This document shows, one piece after another, positions 1-15,170 of a stretch of DNA of 41,183 bases (the first letter of the stretch is position 1; every line of letters begins with the position of its first letter). The translations under genes were made by a program, and so were the position numbers. The stretch covers positions 1 through 41,183 of the forward strand of contig CAXHJY010001354.1 in NCBI GenBank assembly GCA_964016885.1, read 5' to 3'. The notes beneath the pieces are model-generated. The model saw only the letters and a list, made by a program, of their open reading frames with translations. It had not been told where the DNA came from and ran no database searches. This DNA comes from Eledone cirrhosa (taxonomy: Eukaryota).

Positions 1-2592
<2,592 letters not shown>

Positions 2593-2754
2593 AGTTAAAA
2601 GAATAGAGGTGTAACACACAAGTTATTATATATTGGTAAACGGAATAGAAAATGCTGACAAATTGTTCACAGTTGAAAAATGGTTTAATTAGGAATAAAA
2701 GAGTATTAGTGATTGTATGGGTTAGTATTCAGTTGTGGTTTAAAGTTTTTAAGT

Positions 2755-2791
2755 TTTTACCGGTTGCGCATTTCTAAATGCTTTTCAAAAA
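2755..2791 (-). ncRNA. Minimal type I hammerhead-like motif (U3-A8 variant, A13 changed to C)
   Basis: Minus strand reads UUU-UUGAAAA-GCAUU(UAGA)AAUGC-GCAA-C-CG-GUA-AAA. The core has GCAA instead of GAAA, so probably inactive. Confidence 0.6.
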
Positions 2792-2865
2792 TAATTTTGA
2801 GATAGAGTGTCCTTGCTGTTTGCTCTGATCAGAGCAAACAGCACGGACACTCTATCTCAAAATTA

Positions 2866-2902
2866 TTTTGAAAAGCATTTAGAAATGCGCAACCCGGTAA
2901 AA
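2866..2902 (+). ncRNA. Mirror copy of the hammerhead-like motif in the right arm
   Basis: UU-UUGAAAA-GCAUU(UAGA)AAUGC-GCAA-C-CCG-GUA-AA; same A13C change plus one extra C in stem III. Confidence 0.5.
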
Positions 2903-3024
2903 ACTTAAAAACTTTAAACCACAACTGAATACTAACCCATACAATCACTAATACTCTTTTATTCCTAATTAAACCATTTTTCAACTGTGAACAATTTGTC
3001 AGCATTTTCTATTCCGTTTACCAA

Positions 3025-3068
3025 TATATATGTATATATATATATATGTATGTATGTATGTATATATA

Positions 3069-3101
<33 letters not shown>

Positions 3102-3141
3102 ATATATATATATATGTATGTATGTATGTATGTATATATAT

Positions 3142-3191
<50 letters not shown>

Positions 3192-4101
3192 GTATATATG
3201 TATGTATATATGTATATATATGTATATATGTATGTATATATATGTATATATATGTATATGTATGTATATATATGTATATATATGTATATATATGTATATA
3301 TGTATATATATGTATATATATGTATATATATGTATATATGTATATATATGTATATATATGTATATATATGTATATATATGTATATATGTATATATATGTA
3401 TATATGTGTGTATATATGTATATATATGTATATATGTGTATATATGTATATATGTATATATGTATATATGTATATATATGTATATATGTATATATATGTG
3501 TATATATGTATATATATGTATATATGTATATATATGTATATATATGTATATATGTATATATATGTATATATATGTATATATGTATATATATGTATATATG
3601 TGTATATATGTATATATTTATATATGTATATATATGTATATATATGTATATATATGTATATATATGTATATATGTATATATATGTATATATGTATATATG
3701 TATATATATATATATGTATATATCTGTATGTATATGTATATATGTGTATATGTGTATATGTATATATGTGTATATGTATATATGTGTATATGTATATATG
3801 TGTATATGTATATATGTGTATATGTATATATGTGTATATGTATATATGTGTATATGTATATATGTGTATATGTATATATGTGTATATGTATATATGTGTA
3901 TATGTGTATATGTGTATATGTGTATATGTATATATGTGTATATGTATATATGTGTATATGTATATATGTGTATATGTGTATATGTATATATGTATATATG
4001 TGTATATGTATATATGTATATATGTGTATATGTATATGTGTATATATATATATATGTATATGTGTATATATATATATGTATATGTGTATATATATATGTG
4101 T
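3025..4101. repeat. (TATG/TATATG/TGTG)-type compound microsatellite
   Basis: Directly visible. Confidence 0.97.
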
Positions 4102-4157
4102 AAAAGGTAAACAGAAATAACAACAAAATCGGTACAGTATATGGAAGGTGTATATTA

Positions 4158-4237
4158 GGTTAACGCTTGAAATAGCAGGAAGAGGGACTTCACGTTTCTG
4201 ACGCTAGTCCTTCATTAGAAGAAAGAATGAGAAATAC
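4158..4237 (-). mobile_element. Decayed HHR-bearing repeat fragment (PLE terminal-repeat-like), homologous to 32917-32996
   Basis: Plus-strand ttaacgcttgaaatagcagga...cgttt...ttcattagaagaaagaatgagaaata aligns by eye with 32917-32996. Minus strand 4188-4221 reads CUU-CUAAUGA-A-GGAC(UAGC)GUCA-GAAAC-GUG-AAG. Confidence 0.55.
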
Positions 4238-4576
4238 AATAGTTTGAGGGGACGGGCGGGTTGGAATTGAAAAAAATGTCTTTAGATAAAAATAACAGGT
4301 CCATTCATGCTGACCAAGCATAAATTTATATGCTGTGTAGATATATACATGCATATATATATTTATATGCTGTGTAGATATATACATACATATATTTATA
4401 TGTTGTGTAGATATATATACATGCATACATATATGTATATGTTGTATATATACTTACATATATCTATGGATGTCATTGTACTCGAAGAAGGTATTCATAA
4501 TAAAGAGCGCATTACTAGCCCAGATCTAATAAGGTATCTCCTGTCGTAGCTCGGAGTCGCTGTTCTTTTCAATCAC

Positions 4577-4612
4577 TTTCAACGTATTGGACGATAGTTC
4601 TTCTTCAGGGAA
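4577..4612 (-). ncRNA. Degenerate minimal hammerhead motif
   Basis: UUCC-CUGAAGA-A-GAAC(UAUC)GUCC-AAUAC-GUU-GAAA; intact CUGANGA box and correct spacing, but GAAAC is mutated. Confidence 0.4.
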
Positions 4613-4943
4613 TAGTAAAGTAAGGAGTAGTTACGATGGGTAAGTTGGACAGGCAAGTCGTTTGGAGGGCAGTGGTGCCGAAGGGCATTGTTGGGGGTCT
4701 ATCATTGGTTCCGTTATATGTGAGCAGATGGAGAGCGATTCCTGGGCGAACCCGTTGCATTTATTGATTTATTTAATTTATATATCTATTTATTTATTTA
4801 TATACTTATTTATTTTCTGTTTGCGAATGTGTGTGTGTGTGTCACCTGTGTGTGCGTGTGATCAGTTTGAGTGAGTTAATGTGGATTATTAGTGTGTATA
4901 TGTACATGTCTTTACGTGACTGTGTATAAGCCTGATCAGCCTG

Positions 4944-4965
4944 CACACACACACACGCACGCACG

Positions 4966-5004
<39 letters not shown>

Positions 5005-5005
5005 A

Positions 5006-5080
<75 letters not shown>
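4944..5080. repeat. (CA)n microsatellite
   Basis: Directly visible. Confidence 0.97.
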
Positions 5081-5083
<3 letters not shown>

Positions 5084-5408
5084 TCTACGCCAGTCTTTAT
5101 ATTTCTATATCTACCAATGTTTTATCTGTCTCTTGCCCAAACCACCTTCAGTCTGAAATAACAATAAAGGAGGGACATTTATCTGTGTGCAGTCACCAGT
5201 AGTATATCTCCCTCATATTTATAGTATATCGCCCTCATATTTACTACAATTACATCCACTTGATAACACCCTAACACTTCTAAAACAAACAAAATACGTT
5301 CCACCATTAGACTCTCACATACACATACAGTGTTTATAACACAATATATTCACTTTCACATTAACATATGAATAAATATATGCATTCATACACACACACA
5401 TACATACA

Positions 5409-5473
<65 letters not shown>

Positions 5474-5538
5474 CTCTACATGGGTACACACAAAAACACG
5501 TATGTGTATATATACATATACAAATATACTTGTATGTG

Positions 5539-5613
<75 letters not shown>

Positions 5614-5697
5614 AACATACGGGTAGCCTCGCTATAAAAACCGAATATTTTTTCGTAATGAAAATTCTTTTATTTTTCTCCGTTTTTCCTACTGCCA

Positions 5698-5732
<35 letters not shown>

Positions 5733-5800
5733 TTATATTACATCATATAATATCATATTATATATATATAATTGGATGTATATATACATATTTATAACAG

Positions 5801-5840
<40 letters not shown>

Positions 5841-7012
5841 GTGTATCTTAACACAGTATACAGTTTACATTGACTTAGCAACAGATATATCACCAGAGCA
5901 CAGTTGAGTTACCAATGTGAAACAAGAGAAATAGTAATTCGTCAAACATGTTTATATGAAATTTTAACTGAATTACAATAAAATATTACATCGCTTACTG
6001 GAGCGAAAGGCTGAATAAGAATAAATCGTAGCTTCTATATCTGAGTGTAATAGACTTAATATTATACTCCAGCTCTCTACACATACGTGACACGAGCGTA
6101 TATACACTCAACAGAATTGTATATACACACAACACTTATGTAACACAGACGTACACATCTCTCTCATATACATACACACACTATCTCTCATACACACACA
6201 GAGCCGACAGTCAGACAGACAAACAGACTGTTACCATCAACTCACTGTACTCGTTCCTCTCAAACCAGAAAGATTATGTAATAGAATGAAAAATATTCAT
6301 TTTTCTATCTATGAAGGAAATAACAAGAAGTCTTCTCACACTTGTATTTCTTTTCACAACGAAGCTTATAATTAAGAATTCTAGTTATATCTACATATAT
6401 ATTGTAATATAGATTGGTTGGTGTGTTTTCTTCTACAGTCTTTCCTTTTATTACTTTCTTTGCTGATATCCCTGAGAATTGTCAGGTCTGAGTATCCCAT
6501 GGAAACTGGACTGAAATAAAAGGCACAAAACTAGTGATAAATTCTAATATTTGGAGAAAAGACTGTCATGAGAGAGGCTAAATATTTTAAATATTTATTG
6601 TAACAGTGAGAATATGACTTTACAATAAATCACCTTCCATTTATGGATGCCTCGAAACCGTTAGTAAAATATGGAAATCCAAATCAAACAGTTTAGTGCA
6701 AAGAGAACATGTATTCAGTGAAAGTATTGCTGCGAGGAATTTTGGATTAAAATGTGTGAACGCTTCACAATGAAAACTGGAATGATATTGAAAGTTTGCA
6801 GGATATGTTTGTCAGAGAATAAAATGGAAAAGCTGGCTGAGATACAACACGTTAAGAATATGTAGTTATAGAAAAGTATCAAAGTTAAAGTGATGGGAAC
6901 ACAAGAGAATATTCTAGAAAAGAACACTTAAGGTGACTACTTATATAGGATTGGAGAGATTAACTTAGGAGCTAACTTTCATTTCCTTCCTAGTCTCTAT
7001 CTCACTCTCTCT

Positions 7013-7162
<150 letters not shown>

Positions 7163-7807
7163 GAAGTGTATTGGAAAAATCCCCAAAATGACCAGATGAC
7201 GAAGACGAAGAGGGAATGTTGTTGTTGTTGCTGTTATCATTATTACTATTATTATTATCATTATTTTTCATTGTTATTTTTTTTGTTACATCCTCTGTTT
7301 TTGTTTTTTACACGCAGAAATGCCCATTAGTACCGTCCTGTATTGTCCTGCACTGTCCTTAATGTCTACTTTATGTAAACCCTTGTGGTTAATAAAGAAA
7401 TCATTATTATCATTATTATAATAATAATAATAATGATTATTATAATAATAATTATTATTAGTAGTAGTAGTAATAGAAGTAGTAGTTGTTGTTGTTGTCC
7501 TTTAGTCGCAAGTGAACCGCGGCTAATTTCAAGAATATTGGTTGAGAAAGATTCTCTCCATCTATCAGAGAATATAGAAAGCATTAGATAAGGTGTTAAC
7601 AGACAGTGAAAGAAGAACTCTTCTGACATTGAAGAAACGAAACCTACGGCTACATAGCGGACATTTCATTTTATTAACAACTTCTTACTCTATAGTTTAG
7701 CTGCTAGTGGCACCATCTAACTATCTATCCTTATCTATCTATCTATCTATCTATCCATCTATCTATCTGTCTCTCTCTCTCTCTCCCTCCCCCACTCTCT
7801 CTCTCAT

Positions 7808-7852
<45 letters not shown>

Positions 7853-8198
7853 TACTTCGTATTTCTTATACCATGGCTCCGATGTTTCAGCAAAGCGTGT
7901 CTCAAAAGATGATTATTGTCGTACTAGCCTTGTATTTAATACTATATTATCCAGTTATCCATTACTTTTTAAGGCAGTAACATGTCATTTCAGGGTGTCT
8001 TGGCTGCTATTTCTAGTTGATGTAAGGTTCACGTAGATGTGTTCCCGCTGACGTGGTAACATTGAGTTTAGAGAGGTAAACCTGTCAATCAATGACCATA
8101 TATAGAAAACCACACCTACAAAGGAAATGGCAGTAGAATGTATGTATAAACCACGTACAGATAGGAGGTTTATGATTGGCTGGTTTAGAATGATATTC

Positions 8199-8405
8199 TG
8201 TGGTGGTGGTGGTAGTAGTAGTGGTGGTGGTGGTGGTAGTAGTTGTAGTAGTAGTGGTGGTGGTTGTAGTGGTGGTAGTAGTGGTGATGATGGTATAGTG
8301 ATGGTGGTGGTGGTGGTAGTAGTTGTAGTAGTGGTGGTGGTTGTAGTGGTGATGGTGGTAGTAGTGGTGGTTGTGGTGGTGGTGGTAGTAGTAGTAGTAG
8401 TGGTA
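8199..8405. repeat. (GGT/AGT)n trinucleotide array
   Basis: Directly visible. Confidence 0.95.
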
Positions 8406-8828
8406 GGATTATGGTCACGATGACAAAATGAATTTTATGAAATAATTAAGAAAAACTATTGCGAAAATAAGAAAACAACAATGATGGTGATGATGATGAT
8501 GGCGACAATATTGAGGAGGAGAAGGAGGGGGGTGACAGTAATGACAGCAATAACAATAAAATGGCGACCAAAGGTAGTGATAATAATATTAACAGTATGA
8601 AAATAATGAACAGCAATATTAATAATTTCTTAATTAAATTAACAATAACAACAACAACAATTACTACAATAAAGACAACAACAATAACAAGAATATCAAC
8701 AAAACCATCATTGAAATAAACAACAATGTGAACAACAACCACAATGATAAAACTGACATAACAACACTTATAACTATATAATGGCAAAAATAACAGCTAC
8801 AACTATAGCAACAACAACAAGAGTAACA

Positions 8829-9493
8829 CACCCCCATCAACACCCCCACCAACACCAACACCAACACCACCACCACCAATACCACCACCAACACCACCAC
8901 CAACACCACCACCACCACCAATACCACCAACACCCCCACCCCCACCCCCACCAACACCCCCACCAACACCACCACCAACACCGACACCACCACCGACACC
9001 ACCACCGACACCACCACCACCAACACCACCACCACCACCAATACCACCAACACCCCCACCAACACCAGCACCACCACCAACACCACCACCAACACCACCA
9101 CCAACACCGACACCACCACCGACACCACCACCGACACCACCCCCACCCCCACCAACACCACCAACACCACCACCAACACCACCACCAATACCACCAACAC
9201 CCCCACCAACACCAACACCCCCACCAACACCAACACCCCCACCCCCACCAACACCACCACCGACACCAACACCGACACCACCACCGACACCACCACCAAC
9301 ACCACCACCAACACCACCACCACCACCAACACCACCACCACCAACACCACCACCAACACCACCACCACCAACACCACCACCACTAACACCACTACCACCA
9401 CCAACACCACCACCACTAACACCACTACCACCACCAACACCACCACCAACACCACCAACACCACCACTACCACCACCAACACCGCCACCACCA
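8829..9493. repeat. (CCA/CAA)n trinucleotide array
   Basis: caccaccaa-type units over ~660 bp. Confidence 0.95.
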
Positions 9494-9516
9494 TAATTAT
9501 TGGGGTTGAGGGCGAT

Positions 9517-9655
9517 GTTGGTGGTGGTGATAGTGATGGTGGTGATAGTGATGGTGGTGATGGTGATGGTGATGATGGTGATGGTGTTGATGGTGATGAT
9601 CGTGATGGTGTTGATGATAGTGGTGCTGATGATAGTGATGATGATGGTGATGTTG
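9517..9655. repeat. (GGT/GAT)n trinucleotide array
   Basis: Directly visible; opposite strand bias to the preceding array. Confidence 0.9.
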
Positions 9656-9777
9656 ACGATGTCAACGAGAATGATAAAATCGATGATATTCAAGCTGACA
9701 CAGCAGAAATATTATTATCGTCATCGTTTTGATAGACGGAGATAGTCAGGAAGTATTTCCTAGAAAACAGAAATATA

Positions 9778-9972
9778 GCAACAACAACAACAGCAACAGC
9801 AGCAGCAACTACAACAGCAGCTACAGCAGCAATAACTACAACAACAACAGTAATAACAACAATAGCATAACAACAGCTACAACAACAACAGCAACAATAG
9901 CAACAACAGCAGTAACAACGGCAACAACAACAACAGCAGCAATAATAACAATAATATCAATAATAATAATAG
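9778..9972. repeat. (CAA/CAG/TAA)n array
   Basis: Directly visible. Confidence 0.9.
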
Positions 9973-10270
9973 CTGATAAACAAAACAAAAAAAAAAAACA
10001 CCGATAAAAAACGAAACAATATAAAAGATTGGCACCAGAAACAAAAAAAATAAAACATTAAAATTATGAAAAAAAAGAAGGAAAAGAGAAATGAAATGTT
10101 TTAAATTATGAAAATCTTTAAAATAGATTTGGTAGAAGACATTGGAGGAATGTAACCTGTCACTAATTTGGTAGAAGACAGTATGTCTTTCTGTAGAGTG
10201 GGATTTGACGGATATTTAGCTGCTTTTTCCAGGAAATTGAACGCTCCAGTCGATGCTCCCTCGTTGACAA

Positions 10271-10362
10271 CATATACACACACCAACATATACACACACC
10301 AACATATACACACACCAACATATACACACACCAACATATACACACACCAACATATACACACA
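10271..10362. repeat. 16-bp minisatellite (catatacacacaccaa), ~5.7 copies
   Basis: Exact tandem copies. Confidence 0.93.
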
Positions 10363-10499
10363 CAGAACTGTATTAAACGACCAAGTGAGAGAACATTATT
10401 TTCTTCAGCCACCGGAAGTTAGACATATGGAAAGCATTAAGAAAATAGCAACATAATGTTATTGGGTAAAACCTGATTTGATGTAGTAATAACGTTTGG

Positions 10500-10830
10500 A
10501 GTGAGGTAGTGAGAGTGAGGGAGTGAGGTTGTGGGGGTGAGGTTGTGAGAGAGTGAGGTTGTGAGAATGAGGTAGTGAGAGTGAGGTAGTGAGAGTGAGG
10601 TTGTGAGGGTGAGGTAGTGAGGGTAAGGTAGTGAGTGAGGTAGTGAGAGTTAGGTTGTGAGGGTGAGGTAGTGAGAGAGGTAGTGAGGGTAAGGTTGTGA
10701 GGGTGACGGAGTGAGGGTGTGGTAGTGAGAGTGAGGTTGTGAGAGTGAGGTTGTGAGGGTGAGGTTGTGAGAGTGAGGTAGAGAGAGTGAGGATGTTGAG
10801 AGTGAGGTTGTGAGAATGAGAGAAGTGAGG
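10500..10830. repeat. GTGAGAGTGAGGT(T/A)-type degenerate minisatellite
   Basis: Recurring gtgaggtt/gtgaggta/gtgaga units. Confidence 0.9.
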
Positions 10831-11290
10831 GTTAGAGAACATGTAAAGATGGCAGCCATCACTTTATGAAAAGTACTCAATAAATATAGAAAGAAAGAAA
10901 TGAAAAAAACAACAGAAAACAAAAACAACACAAATTAATGCAAAACCAATTCGACACCGCCATCTTTTTTCTTTTTTTTCTTTTCTTTTCTTTTCTTTTT
11001 ATATATATATATATTTTTTTCTTTTCTTTTCTTTTTATATATATATATTTTTTTTCTGTTTCACATTTCAGAGGTGAATAGGTTAGAATTGAACATTACA
11101 CGTTATTATCGCTATTTTATGGTCACTGTTATGGTTATCGTTATTATTATTATTATTGTTGATGTTGTTGTTATGGTTGTCGTCGTCGTCGTTATTATTG
11201 TTGTTGTTGTTGTTATACTTAGTTCTTCGTCTTCATTTTATCTTTAATTTTAATTTCAGATCTTTTCTCATAAACTTTAGTATTATGTGT

Positions 11291-11298
11291 TACTACTG

Positions 11299-11338
<40 letters not shown>

Positions 11339-11409
11339 CACTACTACTACCACTAATACTACTACTACTACCACTACTACTACCACTACTACTACTGCTA
11401 CTACTACTA

Positions 11410-11467
<58 letters not shown>

Positions 11468-11595
11468 CACTACTACTACCACTACTACTACTACTACCAC
11501 TACTACTACCACTACTACCACTACCACTACCACTACAACTACCACTACTACTACCACTACTACCACTACTACTACTACCACTACCACTACTACTA

Positions 11596-11635
<40 letters not shown>

Positions 11636-11671
11636 CACTACCACTACCACTACTACCACTACTACTACTAC
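11291..11671. repeat. (CTA/CCA)n trinucleotide array
   Basis: Directly visible. Confidence 0.97.
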
Positions 11672-11844
11672 TGAAATATCTTTTGAACGTGCTTTGTATG
11701 TGATAGCTATTTCCAAAACAAAAAACTGAAACTATTATTATTAATGTAATAGTAGTAGTAGTAACACAGCAACATTATTAGTAAAAGTAGTAGTAACAGC
11801 AGCACTATTAGTAATGGTATTAGTAGTAGTAGTAGTAATAAAAT

Positions 11845-12035
11845 ATAAATGTCGTCGCCTGGGTTAACAATAGCTGCGTCCCTGAAGGAGGAATTAGCCT
11901 CGATTCTTCTCCAAATATGGACTTGAATGGTCGTTTGAAGGAGAATAATCTCAAAGGAAACTCTTCAGGTTCAGCACCAGCAGGTAGACAAGAATCTAAC
12001 CGAACTGGAGAAGACTTTAAAGAAGTGATATACAC
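11845..12035 (+). other. Possible coding-exon-like unique island (NVVAWVNNSCVPEGGISLDSSPNMDLNGRLKENNLKGNSSGSAPAGR...)
   Basis: More GC-rich, non-repetitive, stop-free in one frame on both strands; candidate donor CAG|GTAGAC near 11983; no recognisable domain or clear acceptor. Confidence 0.2.
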
Positions 12036-12072
12036 ATTTTACCACTCATTGAGCAAAACATTCAAATTATTA

Positions 12073-12249
12073 GCATAGAGTTACGGCCCTTTACGTTCTG
12101 ATTTCAAATCCTGCCGAGGTTAGCTTTGCCTTTCATCCTTATAGGGTCGATAAAATAAAGTACCAGTAATGCACTGGAGTCGATTTAATGGACTTTCCCC
12201 TCCACTTCAAATTACTGGCCTTGTGCCTAAAGTAGAAATAATTATTATT
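12073..12249 (+). mobile_element. SINE family A copy, 5'-truncated
   Basis: Shared core ctttgcctttcatcc...gtcgataaaataaagtaccagtaatgcactgg...gtcgatttaat...ggccttgtgcctaaagtagaaa plus (ATT)n tail; recurs many times in the window. Confidence 0.88.
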
Positions 12250-13144
12250 TGTATTACGTGTTATATTTTATTGTATTGAGAGTATTCTATGTAATATGTG
12301 TAAACCAGTGCCCCAGCATGGCCTCAGCCGGATGGCTGGAAACAGGTAAAAGTGTAAAAGAGTGGTTTGTAGTGTTTATGCTGTAAATATTTGTAAGACT
12401 TGTAGTTTTGTTATGTCTGTGGGTGTTTGTATGATTCCCAGAGTATTATTATAAGTCTCTGTCATCCATATTCGGGTATATTCTACCATAGAATCACTAT
12501 TACATATCGTTATGTTCAGCCTCTGGTGCCATACCATTCATACAGAATACTTCTTGTTTACGTCTTTTTATTAGAAAGGAAATATACCAATTATTTATTA
12601 TTCATTAAAAGTGCAGACGACATCTTGCTTTTTAAAAGCAGGCGACATTTGTGTATTGAGAAGTTATCCATACTGTCACTATCATCATCATCATCACTAT
12701 CATTACTATCATCACCACCACCACCACCACCACAAATATATATATTAAAATATATAATTTCCCCTGAAACAACCTACAGCAATATTTTATAGCCAACAAA
12801 CCAAACCAAAACCACTTAACTATCCAATTCCTTCCCCAATCTGTAATGTACAACCATTATTCAACAACAGTCTAAAGGTAACAATAGAGTGGAATCCGAG
12901 CCGGTAGTTCCCACTCCTCCATACACTTTCCCCTTCTTCCACGATCTTTGTTACCGATCACAGACATAGGTTAGGAATATCTTCATATATTTATATATTT
13001 ATATCTTTATATATTTATATCTTTATATATGTATATCTTTATATATGTATATATTTATATCTTTATATATGTATATGCTATTCTCTGCAACTATTAGTTT
13101 CCCAACAACTTGTTTTCACTGGGAAGTGGGAAATTTTTGCCTTC

Positions 13145-13179
<35 letters not shown>

Positions 13180-13349
13180 TCAGGTTTGAGGTTCACCACT
13201 GTATAGAGCTGGTCTATTCCGTATGGTCAATCGTAATGCAATAATATAGAGAGTACTCAACGTAAAGCAGTTCAACCCGGTCATTGAAATGATCATAGTA
13301 TAATAAACCTTTCAAGGATTTACACAAATCCAGCCTCCTGTCATTTCAT

Positions 13350-13404
<55 letters not shown>

Positions 13405-13503
13405 GTATGGTAATCCAGTTTCCTTGATACAGCAGCAATCTCTCTTTCTCTCTTTCTTTCTCTCTCTGTGTCTCTCTCTCTTTCTTTCTCTCTCTGTGTG
13501 TGT

Positions 13504-13544
<41 letters not shown>

Positions 13545-13599
13545 GAAGACTTTCATATTGAGCATCGATCATGTAAAAAATTAAGCAAAAACCTTAAAG

Positions 13600-13725
13600 T
13601 TTGAGGAGAGGGTTTAGTCAATTAAACCGAACCTAACACGTGATTGCAACTTTGTTGACAATGTCAGAATAAAAGCAATATCAATCACTGCCAGATTTGG
13701 GCTTGGAAAGTAAAGTACGGTAACT
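13600..13725 (-). mobile_element. Highly diverged SINE family A remnant
   Basis: Weak colinear similarity (gagggtttagtcaattaaaccgaacc...gccagatttgggcttggaaagtaaag). Confidence 0.35.
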
Positions 13726-13876
13726 CTGCACTGTTTTAATATTGTCAAAGACTAACGATTCTGAATAATTGCCTTGATAAAAGTACAAAATAACAACAGC
13801 GACACATTCCTATTAAATCTTTACATTTTGGTGCACATCACGTGAGCTTGAAGGAAACAGTAACAACAGCAACAAC

Positions 13877-13965
13877 AACAGTAACCACAACAACGATAAC
13901 TACAACAGTAACCACAACAACGATAACTACAACAGTAACCACAACAACGATAATTACAACAGTAA
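13877..13965. repeat. 27-bp tandem (aacagtaaccacaacaacgataactac), ~3 copies
   Basis: Directly visible. Confidence 0.85.
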
Positions 13966-15096
13966 CAACAACGGTAACAATAACACAATCACCAACAAAA
14001 CTAACGAGTAAACCTCTACTTGTTCCCTCCATCTACAAAAATAGCTGTTAAATACGCCTCAAATAACACGATACTGTTTTAATAGAAGAGTGTACTGAAT
14101 AATGGAGTAGAAAACAGACGGGATAGTCACGACTGTATTTCTTTTGATCATTGGTGGTCTGTTGAATGAAAGCTGACTTGAGGGAAAGGGAGGTAAGCAA
14201 GAACAATGACTGCATAATAACTCACCACCACTACCACCACCACTACTACGACCACCCACACCACAAGTACAAACACCAGCACCGCCACCACCACTTCTAC
14301 TAACACCACCATAACCACTAACACCATCACCACCAGCATCACTACCATCAACATAGCCACACACAGACATTCATTCACAGCCATGCACACACACACAAGC
14401 GCATACACACACACACAAGCACATACACACCAACCCGAGCACCCGTACACACATAACGCACACATATACACACACACACACAGCCGTACACACACGATTA
14501 GACGTACGCAATCTTACATAACACACAGACATATACACACATACGCATAAACATACAACTACACACACATAAGCAGAAACAGGAAAAAGAAAAGAAATAA
14601 AAAAGGCCCCAAAACAAAAGACGATTTCACTCTCTTTTAAAATTTTAAAATCTAAAGTTGGACGTGATTTGGGAGAAAACCGCAGAAAAAACAGCAGAAA
14701 ACGTGGAGAAAACCTGTGGAAAAGAGAATTAACAACTACGTGTTGGATTGTCAGGTGGAAATATTATCCGCTACTTTGTTAGTTAAACAATAAAGAAAAG
14801 CACACTTTTGGATATAAAAATTGTTTGAAAGAGTATTTCAATTTGAATTAATTTTCGGTAGAAATTGACGAGGTATTATCTTGCGTTCGTATTAGGTTTC
14901 TAATTAATTCACATTCAACAGTTTGAAATAAATGGAGAAAAAATATATAAATTATATAAAGAAAGAAAAAAAAAGAAAAGATATAGATACAGGTATTGTT
15001 GAGGAGTTCACCTCATATTCTTGTGGTTATGGGTTCAATCCTGTTGTATTGCGGCATCTTCTGTGAGGGTATTTATTTGATGGAGAAAGACGATTA

Positions 15097-15170
15097 CACC
15101 AGCCCAGTATTTAACTGGTACTATATTTTATCGACCCCAGAAGTATGAAAGATAAAGTTGATTTGACCAC
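15097..15170 (-). mobile_element. SINE family A core fragment
   Basis: cccagtatttaactggtactatattttatcgaccccagaagtatgaaagataaagttga. Confidence 0.75.

Larger units (their letters stand above)
2593..3030 (-). mobile_element. Foldback element: ~202-bp spacerless inverted arms (2627-2828 / 2829-3030) plus a ~34-nt one-sided tail (2593-2626); putative non-autonomous Penelope-like element
   Basis: Palindrome centred on TGA|TCA at 2828/2829. Arms differ by one substitution and two 1-nt homopolymer indels. (TA)-type microsatellite on both sides; HHR-like motif in each arm. PLE assignment is inference. Confidence 0.7.

Noticed and set aside
6619-6668. tttac...tggatgcctcGAAACcgttagtaaa resembling the 3' half of an HHR
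   Set aside because: No CUGANGA/UUGANAA box at the required position and stem II only partly paired
8664-9693. Poly-H/Q, poly-V and poly-G ORFs
   Set aside because: Frames of a CCA/CAA triplet array; no domain or gene structure
10500-10830. Interstitial telomeric repeat
   Set aside because: Units are GTGAGG/GTGAGA variants, not TTAGGG or TTAGG arrays
13196-13243. ctgtatagag...cgtaatgca as a highly decayed HHR
   Set aside because: Both boxes and stem II would need multiple changes; not supportable
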